A program made the translations under genes and the position numbers. A model generated the notes under the pieces. The model saw only the letters and a list, made by a program, of their open reading frames with translations, was not told the origin of the DNA and did no database searches. 64,000 bases of DNA, taken from the NCBI GenBank assembly GCA_965213925.1, contig OZ243927.1, positions 3,296,001 through 3,360,000 on the forward strand. The letters are read 5' to 3'. Positions 1 to 11,003 of this stretch are shown one piece after another. This stretch comes from Trueperaceae bacterium. GTDB taxonomy: Bacteria; Deinococcota; Deinococci; Deinococcales; Trueperaceae. How positions within the stretch are numbered: position 1 is the stretch's first letter; each line of letters starts with the position of its first letter.

Positions 1-1423
1 GAAGTTCGTAGACCAACTCGGCGTCTTCGTAGCGCTCCGACGCGAGGTAAGCCGCGCCCAGGTTGACGCGCGCCTCGACGTTTTCGGGGTCGAGTTGCAC
101 GGCGCGCTCGTAAAACTGCGCGGCGCTGCGGTACTGACCCGCTTGATAGTTCGCTAAACCTGCCCAAAGCTGCGCGTCGGCGTCTCCGGGTTGCGCCGCG
201 ACCACATCCTCTAGGGCGATGAGCGCGCCCCGGTAGTCACCCTGACGGTAGAGCGAGCGCCCGATGATGAAGGTCGCGTCGCTGCGAAGCTCGGCGTCGC
301 TAAGGCGTTGGGCAGCGGCTTCGGCGTTGCGGCGGGCCTCGTCGGGTTGAGCGAGCTGGTCGTAGGTGCTAGCGAGCGCGAGGTAGGTCGCGCCTTGCGC
401 TTCGGCGTCGTCCAAGCTGAGCGCCCGCTGGAGCGTCGCTAACGCCTCTTGGGGCTGTCCGCTCTCTAAGAAGCTGAGTCCTAAGTTGTAGAGCGCTTGG
501 CTCGAGTCGGCGTTCACCTGCACCGCCCGCTCGAACGAGCGGGTCGCGTCCGCGCCGCGCCCGAGGTCGCGCTGCAACAGCCCGAGTTTTGTCAAGAGGC
601 GCGCTTGCGTGTCGGTGTCCCCTGCAGCAGCCGCGTTGCGAATCGCACGGTTCAAGGAGCGAAGGGCGTAGTCATTCTGTCCGGCTTGCGCGTAGATGTC
701 GGCGGTGAGGGCGTCTACGCGGTACCCTTCCAGACCGCCCAAGCTCGGCAGCGCGTCCAAGCCCTGACCTGCGCGGTAGAGGGCGTCGGCGCGAAGATAG
801 GTCAACTCTTCGTACCTTTGGCGGTCCTGCGTCAAGTTGCTCGCCGCGGTGTAGGCTTCGGCGGCCTCCCCGAAACGTTCCAACGTCTTGAGCTGCTCCG
901 CGAGCCCTAAGTAGGCGTCCACTTGCGCCGCAGAGGTCGCTTCGGGCTCGGCTTGCGCAATGGCCTCTTGAAAGGCGCTGATCGCCTCCTCGGTGCGGCG
1001 CAACTTCGCCAAGGTGACGGCGCGGTTAAAGTGCCCGTCGAAGCGGGTCGGGAAGAGGCGGGAGACCTCACCGAACTCGAACAGCGCCGCGGCGAAGTCG
1101 CCGCGCGCGTACTCGGTGAGCCCTAAGCCGAAGTGCGCCTCCGCCGAGAGGTAGTCGAGCGTGACCGCCTCTAAAAAGCTCTCTTTAGCCTTTTCCAACG
1201 CGCCACTATCCAGATAGCGCTGCCCTAAGTTGATCCACGCTTCGACGTCCTCGGGGTTGTTCCGGGTCTCTTTAAGCAGTTTCGCTAAGCTCGCCGGCTT
1301 AGCCTCCTGTGAGGATGCTTGTGAAGATAGGGGGGTCGCGGGTTCAGCCCAGCTAGGCTGCGCGTAACCCAAGGTAACGCAGGCAGACGCCGCAATCAGA
1401 ACGCCGCAAGTTAAGACTCTCAT
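1..1423 (-). CDS. Secreted tetratricopeptide-repeat protein (3' end runs off window)
   Basis: Manual translation from ATG at 1423 with GGAGG RBS: signal-like N-terminus MRVLTCGVLIAASACVTLGYA, then many TPRs (AWINLG, AHFGLG, ALYNLG, ARVNLG). Open to the window edge. Confidence 0.85.
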   Translation of the reverse strand, partial: MRVLTCGVLIAASACVTLGYAQPSWAEPATPLSSQASSQEAKPASLAKLLKETRNNPEDVEAWINLGQRYLDSGALEKAKESFLEAVTLDYLSAEAHFGLGLTEYARGDFAAALFEFGEVSRLFPTRFDGHFNRAVTLAKLRRTEEAISAFQEAIAQAEPEATSAAQVDAYLGLAEQLKTLERFGEAAEAYTAASNLTQDRQRYEELTYLRADALYRAGQGLDALPSLGGLEGYRVDALTADIYAQAGQNDYALRSLNRAIRNAAAAGDTDTQARLLTKLGLLQRDLGRGADATRSFERAVQVNADSSQALYNLGLSFLESGQPQEALATLQRALSLDDAEAQGATYLALASTYDQLAQPDEARRNAEAAAQRLSDAELRSDATFIIGRSLYRQGDYRGALIALEDVVAAQPGDADAQLWAGLANYQAGQYRSAAQFYERAVQLDPENVEARVNLGAAYLASERYEDAELVYEL

Positions 1424-1589
1424 TCGTGCCTCCAAAGCGTGTGCCGCCTAAAACAAAGCGCAGACACAGCGAGATTGAAGCCATCGTAGTACGCTGCGCA
1501 CGCCGACCTATATTAAATCTGACACGAGCGTCACCTCAGCACGCGCAACTGTTCGAATCTTCACTTGCGAGGTCGCTGGTGGTCAAGTA

Positions 1590-1665
1590 GCAGGTATCAT
1601 CTGGTTTGAGATACTCTCACTGTGTAAGTCGGTGTCTAGCGCGCACATTCTGAGATGATGCCTGC
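1590..1665. repeat. ~76 bp intergenic element with terminal inverted repeats (family A)
   Basis: GCAGGTATCATCT...AGATGATGCCTGC; related copies at ~6371-6444 and ~21235-21298. Confidence 0.6.
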
Positions 1666-1762
1666 GACCCTCCGTCTCAGTGTGTTCTGGAAGTGCTAAA
1701 GGTAGAGAATCCGAGAGCGAGATATGTTTATAGGTGACGCTCGAGAAAGTCCTACGAGAGAC

Positions 1763-2815
1763 TCAAGCTGATGCTTGACTCTGCGCTCGGTCTGGGGTTT
1801 GCGTCAGCGCGAGTTGCCCGCACGCGCCGCCCGCGTCGCGCCCACGGCTAAAGCGCACCGACACGGAGAGCCCGGCGCGGCGCAAGGTTCCCTCGAAGGC
1901 TCTGATCTGCTCGGTGGTGCTCGAGTGGAACGTAGACGCCTGCCACGGATTGAAAGGAATTAGGTTGACGTGCGCTAGGAGCCCGTCCAGACGCTCGACG
2001 AGCGCCTCCGCTTGCCAGAGCGCGTCGTTGACCCCTTGCAGCATCGTGTATTCGACCGTGACACGTCGCCCTGTCGCCTCATGCCAGGCGTGCAGCGACG
2101 CGATGATGTCATCGATGGAGTGCGCGTGCGCGGTCGGGATAATGGCGCGGCGCGTCTCCTCATCGGGCGCGTGCAAACTCACCGCCAACACGAGCGAGAG
2201 GTCCTCTTGGGCTAAACGCCGAATCTTCTGCGGCAGGCCCACCGTCGAGAGCGTGATGCGGCGCGGCGACATGTCGAGCCCTTGCGGATGGACCATCGTG
2301 CGGATCGCGCCGACCGCGTTGTCGTAGTTGAGGAGTGCTTCGCCCATGCCCATCAATACAACGTTACGAATCTCCTTTGGAGGGAAGCCTTCGGCTCTCG
2401 CCACGTCGGTAAGTTGCGCCAGGATTTCCGCTCGCGTCAAGTTACGTCCAAAACCTAGTGCGCCCGTCGCGCAAAAGGCGCACCCCGCCGGACAGCCCAC
2501 CATTGAGGAGATACAGACCGTCTTGCGGTCGGCGTAGGGCATGTAGACGGCTTCGGTCTGCTTGCCGTCAGCGAGCGTGAAGAGGTAGCGCACCGAGCCG
2601 TCTTTGGAAGGGAAGCGCTCAGAGCGGACAAAAGGGCTCACCGTGTAGTGCGCAGAGAGCGTCTCACGCCACCCTAGCGGCAAGTTGCTCATTTCCTCGA
2701 AGCCGCTCGCGCCCCGCTCGTAAAGCCACCCCGCGAGCTGTTTGCGGCGGTAGCTCGGTCCGTCCGTTGGGAGATCAGCGAGGTTGAGGTCTAAAAGGCT
2801 AGGGCGCGTTTCCAT
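1763..2815 (-). CDS. rlmN: 23S rRNA (A2503-C2) methyltransferase RlmN, radical SAM
   Basis: [33 protein letters not shown] motifs. Confidence 0.95.
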   Translation of the reverse strand: METRPSLLDLNLADLPTDGPSYRRKQLAGWLYERGASGFEEMSNLPLGWRETLSAHYTVSPFVRSERFPSKDGSVRYLFTLADGKQTEAVYMPYADRKTVCISSMVGCPAGCAFCATGALGFGRNLTRAEILAQLTDVARAEGFPPKEIRNVVLMGMGEALLNYDNAVGAIRTMVHPQGLDMSPRRITLSTVGLPQKIRRLAQEDLSLVLAVSLHAPDEETRRAIIPTAHAHSIDDIIASLHAWHEATGRRVTVEYTMLQGVNDALWQAEALVERLDGLLAHVNLIPFNPWQASTFHSSTTEQIRAFEGTLRRAGLSVSVRFSRGRDAGGACGQLALTQTPDRAQSQASA

Positions 2816-2887
2816 CCCTCGAGCTTAGCACGCACACATTTTTAGCGAGGAAGCCGCGCAACAGCCAAAGGTGGCGGAGGCAAACGG

Positions 2888-2979
2888 CGTAGAGGCGATT
2901 CATGAATCGCCTCTACGAAGCAGCGCTGTTTGTGAATACGAACGTATCTGATGTGATGTAGGGGTGGGCCCACCCCTAC
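2888..2979. repeat. Two GTAG-type REP palindromes
   Basis: Perfect palindromes CGTAGAGGCGATTCATGAATCGCCTCTACG (2888-2917) and GTAGGGGTGGGCCCACCCCTAC (2958-2979). Confidence 0.75.
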
Positions 2980-2996
2980 GAAGTGCCGCGAACCCT

Positions 2997-3511
2997 CTAA
3001 GCCGACGGCACGTCCGACGTCAGCACGAAGACGGGCATCTTGTCGCGCAAGGGCTCCACCTCACCGCGCAGGCGCGTGAAGACCTCGGCGTCTAGGTAAG
3101 CGGCGGAGGCGCGGAGCAGTCCTAAATAGTAGGTTGCGACCAGGCGGCGCTCGCCTTCGCTCAACTCGCCGCGCTCCCTAGGGGTCAGCAATTCTTCGAT
3201 AAAATGCTCGTCCGACTCCAAGGCGCGGCAGCCGCCCTGCTCGATCATCTTCTTGAGGAAATCCACGCTCTCGCCGGGGTTGTGCCAAAAGCCGAAGTTC
3301 GTCTCCTCGGTCAGCGCCTCGACTTCGCGCAGTGACGCGCGGTAGTCGGACGCGCCTAAAACCGCCTTGGCGAGGGCTTGACGCTCGAGCCGCTTTTTCG
3401 CGTATTCGCTCAGAGACAAGTACCCTTTTAGCGGGCGCGATTTGCCGCCTACGAGCGCACGCAAGGCGGTAAGCCAATACGTAGTCCTGATATTCTAAGT
3501 AGATGCTCCAC
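2997..3511 (-). CDS. Hypothetical protein; 5' end apparently frameshifted (intact ORF 2997-3464)
   Basis: 155-aa ORF with host-like codon usage. A probable true start GTG at 3511 lies 6 nt after a TAAAAT box but is out of frame. Confidence 0.55.
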
Positions 3512-3727
3512 CTCTTTATTTTACGTGTCTAAGAGCGTTTCGTGTGGACCGCTTCTTACGTTGCAAGCGGATCAGCCTATCAGTTCATCAGCATCTCAGG
3601 TTTCAAGCTTTTCCTGACGAGCTGAAGTCCAGTTAAGCTGGATGAACGATGCTAACCCGCTTTTCTTGTCCCCGAGCTGCGCTATAGTGCCCCTAAACGA
3701 AGCTTCAGCACCCAGGGAAGGTGAAAG

Positions 3728-4987
3728 ATGAATCATTCGGTTCAGAAGGCAAAAGTTTTAGGCATGGTCTTAGCGGGCGGCAAGGGCACCCGGCTCGGTC
3801 CTTTGACCGCTAAACGCACCAAGCCCGCCGTACCCTTCGGCAGCAAGTACCGCATCATCGACTTCGCGCTCAACAACATGATCAACTCGCAGATTTACGG
3901 CATGTATGTCATGACGCAGTTTAAGGCGCAGTCCTTGACCGAGCACATCCAGCGCAACTGGCGCTTCGGAAGCTTTTTGAGCGACTATTTCATCACCTTA
4001 GCGCCCGCGCAGATGTACCGCTATGAGGAGATCGGCGAGGAGTGGTACCGGGGCACGGCGGACGCGATCTACCAGAACATGCACCTGGTCGACAACAACC
4101 ACGCCGACTTAGTGGCGATTTTTAGCGGCGACCATATCTACAAGATGGATATCCGCCACATGATCGAGCAGCACCAGGAGACGGGCGCGGACGTGACCAT
4201 CGCGGCGTACCCGACGCTCGTCGAGGACGCCACGCGCTTCGGCGTGTTGCAAGTCGATGACGACTTTCGCATCACGGAGTTTCAGGAGAAGCCTGAGAAC
4301 CCTAACCCGATTCCGGGTCGCGACACCCACGCGCTCGCCTCGATGGGGAACTATATCTTCTCGAGAAAAGCGCTGACCGAACTCCTCACGAAAGACGCCG
4401 CTGAGGAGGGTTCCCCGCACGACTTCGGCAAGAGTGTGATGCCGATGGCGCTAGAGCAGAACTACAAGATCATGGCGTACGACTTCGCGCAGAACCCCAT
4501 CCCCGGTCAGGCGGCGCGGAATACGTACTGGCGCGACGTCGGCACCATCGACTCGTATTGGGAAGCGAACATGGACTTAGTCGCGGTGCAGCCCGAGTTC
4601 GACCTCTACAACACCGAGTGGCCCCTGCGCACCTCCTCGGAGTTTTCGCCGCCTGCCAAGTTCGTTCACGATTCGGGCGACCGGCGCGGGCAAGCGTTCA
4701 ACTCGATGCTCGCCGGTGGCGTGATCGTCTCCGGCGCGACGGTGCGCGAGTCCATCTTCGCGCGGCGCTCGCGGGTTAATTCGTACAGCACCGTGGAGCG
4801 CTCTGTGGTGCTCGATAACTCGACGATAGGCCGGCGCTGCACCGTGCAAAACGCCATCGTCGACAAAAATGTCAGCGTCCCCGAAGGCACGCAGATAGGC
4901 GTCAATTTAGACGACGACAGGGCGAGAGGCTTCACCGTCACCGAGCGCGGCGTGGTGGTCGTTCCGAAAAGCTACCGCTTTAGCTAG
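3728..4987 (+). CDS. glgC: Glucose-1-phosphate adenylyltransferase
   Basis: [56 protein letters not shown]. Confidence 0.97.
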   Translation: MNHSVQKAKVLGMVLAGGKGTRLGPLTAKRTKPAVPFGSKYRIIDFALNNMINSQIYGMYVMTQFKAQSLTEHIQRNWRFGSFLSDYFITLAPAQMYRYEEIGEEWYRGTADAIYQNMHLVDNNHADLVAIFSGDHIYKMDIRHMIEQHQETGADVTIAAYPTLVEDATRFGVLQVDDDFRITEFQEKPENPNPIPGRDTHALASMGNYIFSRKALTELLTKDAAEEGSPHDFGKSVMPMALEQNYKIMAYDFAQNPIPGQAARNTYWRDVGTIDSYWEANMDLVAVQPEFDLYNTEWPLRTSSEFSPPAKFVHDSGDRRGQAFNSMLAGGVIVSGATVRESIFARRSRVNSYSTVERSVVLDNSTIGRRCTVQNAIVDKNVSVPEGTQIGVNLDDDRARGFTVTERGVVVVPKSYRFS

Positions 4988-5287
4988 CAGGCTCTGTTAG
5001 GGAGTCGAGTGCTCGAGGATAAGGTCGCTGGACGGTTTGTACCTGCTGGTTATACACCTTAGTTACATGCCAAGAGGTACCGATACGGTTTTTGGGTAAG
5101 TTCACACTCAACCTTTCATGAAGGTCGCGCTCACCCTCCTTACTTAGCGTTTCATTAACCTTGTCTTACATAGGCTTCGCTCGGAGTTCGAACGTGCGTC
5201 CCGCACTGACACGAACGCCGCTACGCCTGATGATGAAGAGGAGAGAACGACGGTCCTCGCGGTGCACTTTCAAACAAGGAGTTCCTA

Positions 5288-6361
5288 ATGAATCTAAAAC
5301 GCTACATCGCCCTTGCGCTGCTCGTCGGCTTGCTCGCGGCGTGCGGAGGCGACGCCACCGACACAGCCGCGCCTAGCACCCTCGGCGAAGCGGAGACGAA
5401 CGCCGCGCTGGGCGACCTCTCTAGCGACATCATCAGCACGGTGCTTTCGATGAACGGTAACACGAGCAGCGTCGCGCTGCATAAATTTCCCGCCGAAGCC
5501 ACGAGCCTTCTCCTGGCGGGTAGCCGAGCAGGTGCGGAGGGGACGCTGCCGCGCGGCCGCTACGTCTACGACGAAGCTGCGAACGCCTGGCAACGCAGCG
5601 GAGACGCCGACGATCTCATCCTCACCTGGCGCTACGAAGACCTCAGCGCCGCTACTAGCAACGAGGCGACCGTAACGCTCGACTGGAACGCGGGGGGTGA
5701 CACGGTCAACGTGGCGGGACCGGGAGGCGAGACGCTCGAGCTTCCCACCGCCTTCAACCTCATGACGGTCGCCGCCGGAGGAGAGGTCGCTGACGTGGAC
5801 CTCGCGCTCAGCTACTACAACACGCCCGAGTGCGGCACAGCGGACGGCGTCGCCGAACCTACCAGCTTACAGGTGAACGGCGCGGGCAGCCTCTTAGACT
5901 TGAAGAATGTCGGCTTTACCGTTTCCGAAGCGGACGGCGCGGAAACGGTAACGACGCAGGGTGAGGTCGCGCTCAACAAAGAGGGGGGCGTGACGCTCGA
6001 GTGGACCATAAGCTTAGAGGGTGAGCGCGAGCGCGAGAACTGCTTCACGAGCACCTACACACCCACGAGCGGTGACGTGAACGTGAGCGTGACCTCGAAC
6101 GCGGGTAGCTTCGCGCTCGGTGTAAACGTGGACGATGTTGATTTAGAAGGAGGCAGCGCCGCGCTGAGTGACGGTACGCTGCAGATTAACGGCAAGTTAG
6201 CGGTGAGCTTTGCGGGCACGCTGGACGACCGCAACGGAAACGGTATCCCTGGCGAAAACGTTACCTTGACCTTTGCTAACGGGCAGAGCGTGACGCTCGA
6301 GCAAGCCCTTCAGAGCAGCAAGGCAGGCATGATGATGCGGGGGTTTCATTCGAGGCGTTGA
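5288..6361 (+). CDS. Lipoprotein, beta-strand rich, function unknown
   Basis: AAGGAG RBS; lipobox LLAAC. Confidence 0.8.
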   Translation: MNLKRYIALALLVGLLAACGGDATDTAAPSTLGEAETNAALGDLSSDIISTVLSMNGNTSSVALHKFPAEATSLLLAGSRAGAEGTLPRGRYVYDEAANAWQRSGDADDLILTWRYEDLSAATSNEATVTLDWNAGGDTVNVAGPGGETLELPTAFNLMTVAAGGEVADVDLALSYYNTPECGTADGVAEPTSLQVNGAGSLLDLKNVGFTVSEADGAETVTTQGEVALNKEGGVTLEWTISLEGERERENCFTSTYTPTSGDVNVSVTSNAGSFALGVNVDDVDLEGGSAALSDGTLQINGKLAVSFAGTLDDRNGNGIPGENVTLTFANGQSVTLEQALQSSKAGMMMRGFHSRR

Positions 6362-6370
6362 GTTATGATA

Positions 6371-6444
6371 GCAGGTATCATCTGGTCAGCTACACTCTTA
6401 CTGAAGAGAACATCGCCTAACACGCATTTTCAGTGATGACCTGT
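6371..6444. repeat. Second copy of family A element
   Basis: TAGCAGGTATCATCTGGT is identical to 1588-1605; degenerate right end AGTGATGACCTGT. Confidence 0.55.
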
Positions 6445-6667
6445 TTGCCGGAGGCAAAACTTCACAAGCCCTGCTTTAGCGGGTATATCTGCGGAGAAGT
6501 ATAGCAACGATAAGTGGAACTGCTGTAAATTTAGCAGAGAGCGGCCGGAATACATATTCCGGCCATTTTTCATTCCGCGAAGTTGAGAACGCACACACGT
6601 TGCCGCCGAAAGATAAGTAGAGTATGTGTCATTTCTCATCGGGTAGCCCCTAAACGTTACCAAGTGA

Positions 6668-6696
6668 AAGCGCCTCGAGCCCAGCTCGAGGCGCTT
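6668..6696 (-). terminator. Hairpin downstream of the CRP-family gene, stem built from two CTCGAG
   Basis: AAGCGCCTCGAGC-CCA-GCTCGAGGCGCTT, 13-bp perfect stem. Confidence 0.6.
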
Positions 6697-6721
6697 CTTA
6701 TTCCTTACAGTAAAAGAGGTT

Positions 6722-7360
6722 TTAGAACCCTTGCGCGATCTCGTCAAGCTCGTCGGGCGCTAAGAGGACGATCGAGCGGTAGCCCGACTCGATAAGCCCT
6801 TCGCTTCTCAGCTCAGTGATGATCTTCGAGACGCTCTCGCGCGTGCTTGCGGTTCCCTCCGCGATGAGTTCGTGCGTCGCTGAGACCACGATGCGCATCT
6901 CCTCGTTCTCCGACGCTAAGGGCGTCTCGGAGAGTTTAATCAGATAGCGGGCAACGCGCTGGCGCAGATCGCCCGTCTGCAAGTGGTACTCGTAATCCAT
7001 GAGGCGCTGCATCTGGCGCGATAAGGACTGGGTGATGGTCATCAGGTCGCTGTGGTTGATCATCTGGGGGTCAATCGCCTCAATCTGCGCGTTGGTGAGC
7101 GCTTCTGCAATCTCTTCGCGCTTAGAATCCATGAACGCTTCTTCGCCGAAAAAGTCACCGGGCATCACGTGGCGCACCGTGAGAATGCGACCTTCCGGGG
7201 TCATGCGGGTGATGCGGATAAGACCATCCTTGACGCGGAAAACGGATTGTGCGGGGTCGCCGTTATGGTAGAGCGTCTGCTTGCGCTGGAACTTCAAGGT
7301 CTGGCTAGGAGCCTCTAAGCTGGCGTTCATAACATTCACTTCGTTCAAGATTTGATTCAT
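6722..7360 (-). CDS. ldrP: CRP/FNR-family regulator, LdrP (Thermus TTHB099)-like
   Basis: RHVMPGDFFGEEA, HLQTGDLRQRVARYL, ATHELIAEGTASTRESVSK resemble Thermus LdrP as recalled, more than DdrI/SdrP. Confidence 0.75.
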   Translation of the reverse strand: MNQILNEVNVMNASLEAPSQTLKFQRKQTLYHNGDPAQSVFRVKDGLIRITRMTPEGRILTVRHVMPGDFFGEEAFMDSKREEIAEALTNAQIEAIDPQMINHSDLMTITQSLSRQMQRLMDYEYHLQTGDLRQRVARYLIKLSETPLASENEEMRIVVSATHELIAEGTASTRESVSKIITELRSEGLIESGYRSIVLLAPDELDEIAQGF

Positions 7361-8073
7361 GCGTCTTTGTCCCTTCCGCTCGAGTGGCTTAGGTTGAACC
7401 TGCCCTTATCTACACGCGCGGCGCTCAAATTGTGCGCCGCAAGGTATGTCGAACCGTTACACGTTTCGCTCACTGCTCCCCCTTACTCGTTCGTCGCTCC
7501 ACCCGTCTCAGCGTGCGCCTTAGCGCATCGTCGGTCACTCGTTCACGGTAAGCTGTCACGTCTACCAAACTACCCTTTTTCGAGAGTACCCGACTTCTGT
7601 ATGAGCCTGAACTGAAGTATACGAAGGATTTCACAACGTGTATAGGTACATTTAGCTCTATTAGCTTAGATTTCAGTACCCAACTTTCAGCGTTATACCT
7701 ATAACTATGCGGGTTTATTACTGTCTCTTGAGTGAAGATCGACTGGTGCGTTTGTACCAGGTCTGGAGCTAAACTATCCGATTTTTGTCAGCTAGAAAAT
7801 AGCTGAAGGTGCTCTGCAGCACGATTAAATTGGAGTTTTCGCTTCAATCTTGGCCCGTACAAATTCAGAGATAAATACTGTAAATGTTGAGGGCGATAGG
7901 GTCCTCTTCGCTGCGGAGCAGTCGAGCGTAGATGTAGGATTCTTCACAGAGCGAAGCGTTTCGGAACCGTGAGGGCGTTCTCTCCAATGCGGGCTGCGTC
8001 TCCCGGCAAAGGTATGATACATCCTGATGACGAGGACCTTACGAACAGCGTGTAGACGTAGTGGTGGCTGATT

Positions 8074-9426
8074 GTGGCTAAGGTCACCACAACCTATGTA
8101 TGTAGCGAGTGCGGCACCCAGTCGCCCGTACAGATGGGCAAGTGTCCGCGCTGCGGCGCGTGGGGCAGCATGGAGCCTAAGCTCGAGCGTCCCAACCCAA
8201 CCTCAGCAGGCAAGGCGCGCAGCGCCCTCTACAGCGCCACTGTACAAAGCCTCGCCGAGGTTGAAAGTACGGACGCGCTCCGCTCCAGCTCCGGTTTAGA
8301 TGAGGTCGACCGCGTCTTGGGCGGCGGTTGGGTCGCGGGCGCGGTACTCCTCCTCGCGGGAGAGCCGGGTATCGGCAAGTCCACGCTGCTCTTACAGCTT
8401 TCGCACGCTTCGGTGCGGCAAGCGAGAGAGACGCTCTATGTGGCGGGCGAAGAGTCGCTCGCACAGGTCAAGCTGCGCGCGGAGCGTTTAGGGGTGGATA
8501 CCTCTTTGCAACTCACCCGCGAGACGGACGCTCGCGTCCTCGCTGAGCATCTGCGCACGGCTAAGCCACGCCTCGTCATCGTGGATTCCATCCAAACCCT
8601 TTTAGCGGACGACAGCGGCACGCCCGGCAGCTTGAGCCAGGTGCGCGACGCCACCGCTCTCCTGACCCAAGCAGCGAAAGAGGCGCAGAGCACCCTCGTG
8701 CTGATAGGACACGTCACCAAACAGGGCAGCATCGCTGGACCCAAAGTCATCGAACACATGGTGGACGCGACCCTGGCGTTAGAGAGCGCGTCAGGTTTCC
8801 GCGTCTTACGAGCCCTCAAGAACCGCTTTGGACCCGCCGGCGAGATGGGCGTCTTCGAGATGACCCACGACGGGATGACGCCCGTGGCGAACCCATCCGA
8901 GGCGTTCTTAGCCGAAAGACCGCTCGGTGTGCCAGGCTCCGCTGTCGTCGCAGCGTTGGAGGGACAGCGCCCACTTCTCCTAGAAGTGCAAGCCCTCGCC
9001 GCTAAGTCGCCGTACGCCTCGCCCCGGCGCATCGTGCAGGGGCTCGACCAGCGGCGCGTGGACGTGGTGTTGGCGGTGTTAGAAAGGCGGCTCGAGCTTC
9101 CCCTAGCAGGCTTAGATATCTACGTCAACGTCGCGGGCGGCTTGCGCCTCACCGATCCCGGCACGGACCTCGCCGTAGCTTTAGCGGTCTACTCCGCTGT
9201 CACCAACCGCACCGTCCCCGAAGGTACGGCGGTGGTGGGCGAAGTCGGCTTGGCGGGCGAGTTGCGCAGCGTATCCCAGCTCGTGCGGCGCGTTACGGAG
9301 GCGTCCAAGGCGAACTTCCCGCGCTTTATCGGTCCGCCCTCGTACGATGTTGGGACGGACAAGCGCAGCGGGGTTGTCGGCGTGGATTCGCTCGCGGCGG
9401 CGCTCAAAGCGGCGTGGGAGGCTTAA
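8074..9426 (+). CDS. radA: DNA repair protein RadA/Sms
   Basis: Zn finger CSECG..CPRCGAW, Walker A GEPGIGKST, KNRFG, Lon-like C-terminus. Confidence 0.97.
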   Translation: MAKVTTTYVCSECGTQSPVQMGKCPRCGAWGSMEPKLERPNPTSAGKARSALYSATVQSLAEVESTDALRSSSGLDEVDRVLGGGWVAGAVLLLAGEPGIGKSTLLLQLSHASVRQARETLYVAGEESLAQVKLRAERLGVDTSLQLTRETDARVLAEHLRTAKPRLVIVDSIQTLLADDSGTPGSLSQVRDATALLTQAAKEAQSTLVLIGHVTKQGSIAGPKVIEHMVDATLALESASGFRVLRALKNRFGPAGEMGVFEMTHDGMTPVANPSEAFLAERPLGVPGSAVVAALEGQRPLLLEVQALAAKSPYASPRRIVQGLDQRRVDVVLAVLERRLELPLAGLDIYVNVAGGLRLTDPGTDLAVALAVYSAVTNRTVPEGTAVVGEVGLAGELRSVSQLVRRVTEASKANFPRFIGPPSYDVGTDKRSGVVGVDSLAAALKAAWEA

Positions 9427-9490
9427 AGACAGGTGTACTATTACTATTTTTGCACCGTTTCCAGGGTCCTATCCTGTATGGTAGTGGGCG

Positions 9491-10543
9491 ATGTACCTTC
9501 TAGCTAGAGGTCTTCTCAGTCTTTTGGGCGCGGTGGCGGGGCTTGTACTCGCGCAGTGGCTCGCGGATAGAGAGGTCTTGAGCGGTCCTATCAACCTCGT
9601 CTACCTCACGCTAGCGGGTCTGCTTATCGGCTACCTCGTCAGCCCGCCCGTTGCGCGGCGTTGGGTTGTGGTTTGGCAACGTCTGTCGGGGCGCGTCAAG
9701 CGCATCCCGCCGGACGCCATCCTCGCGGCGGGCGTCGGCGCGACGGTAGCGCTCCTCATCACCGTGTTGCTCAACAGCGTTTTAGAGTCTATCCCCGGTT
9801 TTACCTGGTACTTCTCGCTCCTGCTCGCGCTCGTGCTCGTTACGGCGTCGTCGTGGTTCTTCGTGGTGAACCGGCAACTTTTTGCGGGGCAGCGGCTGCC
9901 CCCGCCTGCCACCTCTTCTGCTCCAACGCAACCATCCGCCAGCACCTTCGCCAAAGTGGTGGACACCTCCGCTATCATCGACGGGCGCATCGTGGACGTC
10001 GCCGAAGCCAACTTCATCGACAGCCGCCTCCTCATCCCTCACTTCGTCTTAGGCGAACTGCAGCACATCGCCGACTCCGACGACCCTTTACGCCGCAAAC
10101 GCGGACGAAGAGGTCTGGACATGCTCGACCGGCTCGTGCAGGGGCGCAGCGTCAGCGCGGAGGTGGTGAACGACGACTTTGCAGACGTGCCCGAAGTGGA
10201 CGCCAAGCTCGTCAAGCTCTGCCTAGAGAGAGGCGCGGACCTCATCACCACGGACTTCAACCTCAACCGCGTCGCCGCGCTGCAAGGCGTCAAGGTTTTG
10301 AACGTCAACCAACTCGCCAACGCCGTCAAAGCGAGTTATCTGCCGGGCGAACTGCTCGCTTTGCACATCGTCCGGGCAGGGCGTGAGCCGGGGCAGGGGC
10401 TCGCCTACTTAGAAGACGGCACGATGGTGGTGGTGGAAGATTCGGCGCACCTTGTGGGGAATACGGTGCAGACTGTGGTGACGAGCAACTTGCAGACCAA
10501 TATGGGCAGGATGATTTTTGCGCGGATGCAAGAGGATAATTGA
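9491..10543 (+). CDS. Membrane PIN/TRAM-domain protein (YacL-like)
   Basis: N-terminal TM helices, VDTSAIIDGR PIN motif, GLAYLEDGTMVVVE TRAM; follows radA. Confidence 0.9.
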   Translation: MYLLARGLLSLLGAVAGLVLAQWLADREVLSGPINLVYLTLAGLLIGYLVSPPVARRWVVVWQRLSGRVKRIPPDAILAAGVGATVALLITVLLNSVLESIPGFTWYFSLLLALVLVTASSWFFVVNRQLFAGQRLPPPATSSAPTQPSASTFAKVVDTSAIIDGRIVDVAEANFIDSRLLIPHFVLGELQHIADSDDPLRRKRGRRGLDMLDRLVQGRSVSAEVVNDDFADVPEVDAKLVKLCLERGADLITTDFNLNRVAALQGVKVLNVNQLANAVKASYLPGELLALHIVRAGREPGQGLAYLEDGTMVVVEDSAHLVGNTVQTVVTSNLQTNMGRMIFARMQEDN

Positions 10544-10547
10544 AGAC

Positions 10548-10985
10548 TCAAAGACTTGCTTTGTAAACCATGTTAATTTTCGTCTCGTTGCGCTCCGTAA
10601 TGACAAAACCTAAACGTTCGTAAAGGGCTCGAGCAGGATTTGTCCGCAGCACGCTCAACCTCAAAGACTTACCCTTTACACGCGCCTCTCGTATGATCGA
10701 ATGGACTACCTCAGAGCCAATACCTCGATTTTGATAAGCGGGCAATATGGCGATGTAAGCTAAGAAAAGGTGATCGGATTTCTCGTCTACCGTGAGCCTA
10801 CCTATGGGCTCGCCGCTCACAAGGATAAGGCGTGAATTTTCAATGTCGAGCGTCTTAGCAAAGTGATCTCGCTGCCACGTCTCATCCCACCCCCAGATTG
10901 GCTCAACATAGTCCCTCAAAGCAGCTTTATGTAGATCGAAAAACCAAGCCAGATTATTCGCTGTTGCTGGGACCAATCGAAACAC
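10548..10985 (-). CDS. GNAT N-acetyltransferase
   Basis: IAILPAYQNRGIGS, NPARALYERLGF. Confidence 0.85.
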   Translation of the reverse strand: MFRLVPATANNLAWFFDLHKAALRDYVEPIWGWDETWQRDHFAKTLDIENSRLILVSGEPIGRLTVDEKSDHLFLAYIAILPAYQNRGIGSEVVHSIIREARVKGKSLRLSVLRTNPARALYERLGFVITERNETKINMVYKASL

Positions 10986-11003
10986 GGTCTGAACAGCCTC
11001 TAA

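Noticed and set aside
497..1126. Plus-strand ORFs of 137 and 67 aa
   Set aside because: Antisense shadows of the minus-strand TPR gene
7590..7720. Possible LitR/CarH direct-repeat operator upstream of the ldrP-like gene
   Set aside because: No regular 11-bp phased TnnACA repeats could be established
9661..10386. 241-aa alternative-frame ORF, and similar long ORFs at 25176, 37528 and 48934
   Set aside because: Arg/Ala-rich shadow frames of well-supported genes, typical of high-GC DNA
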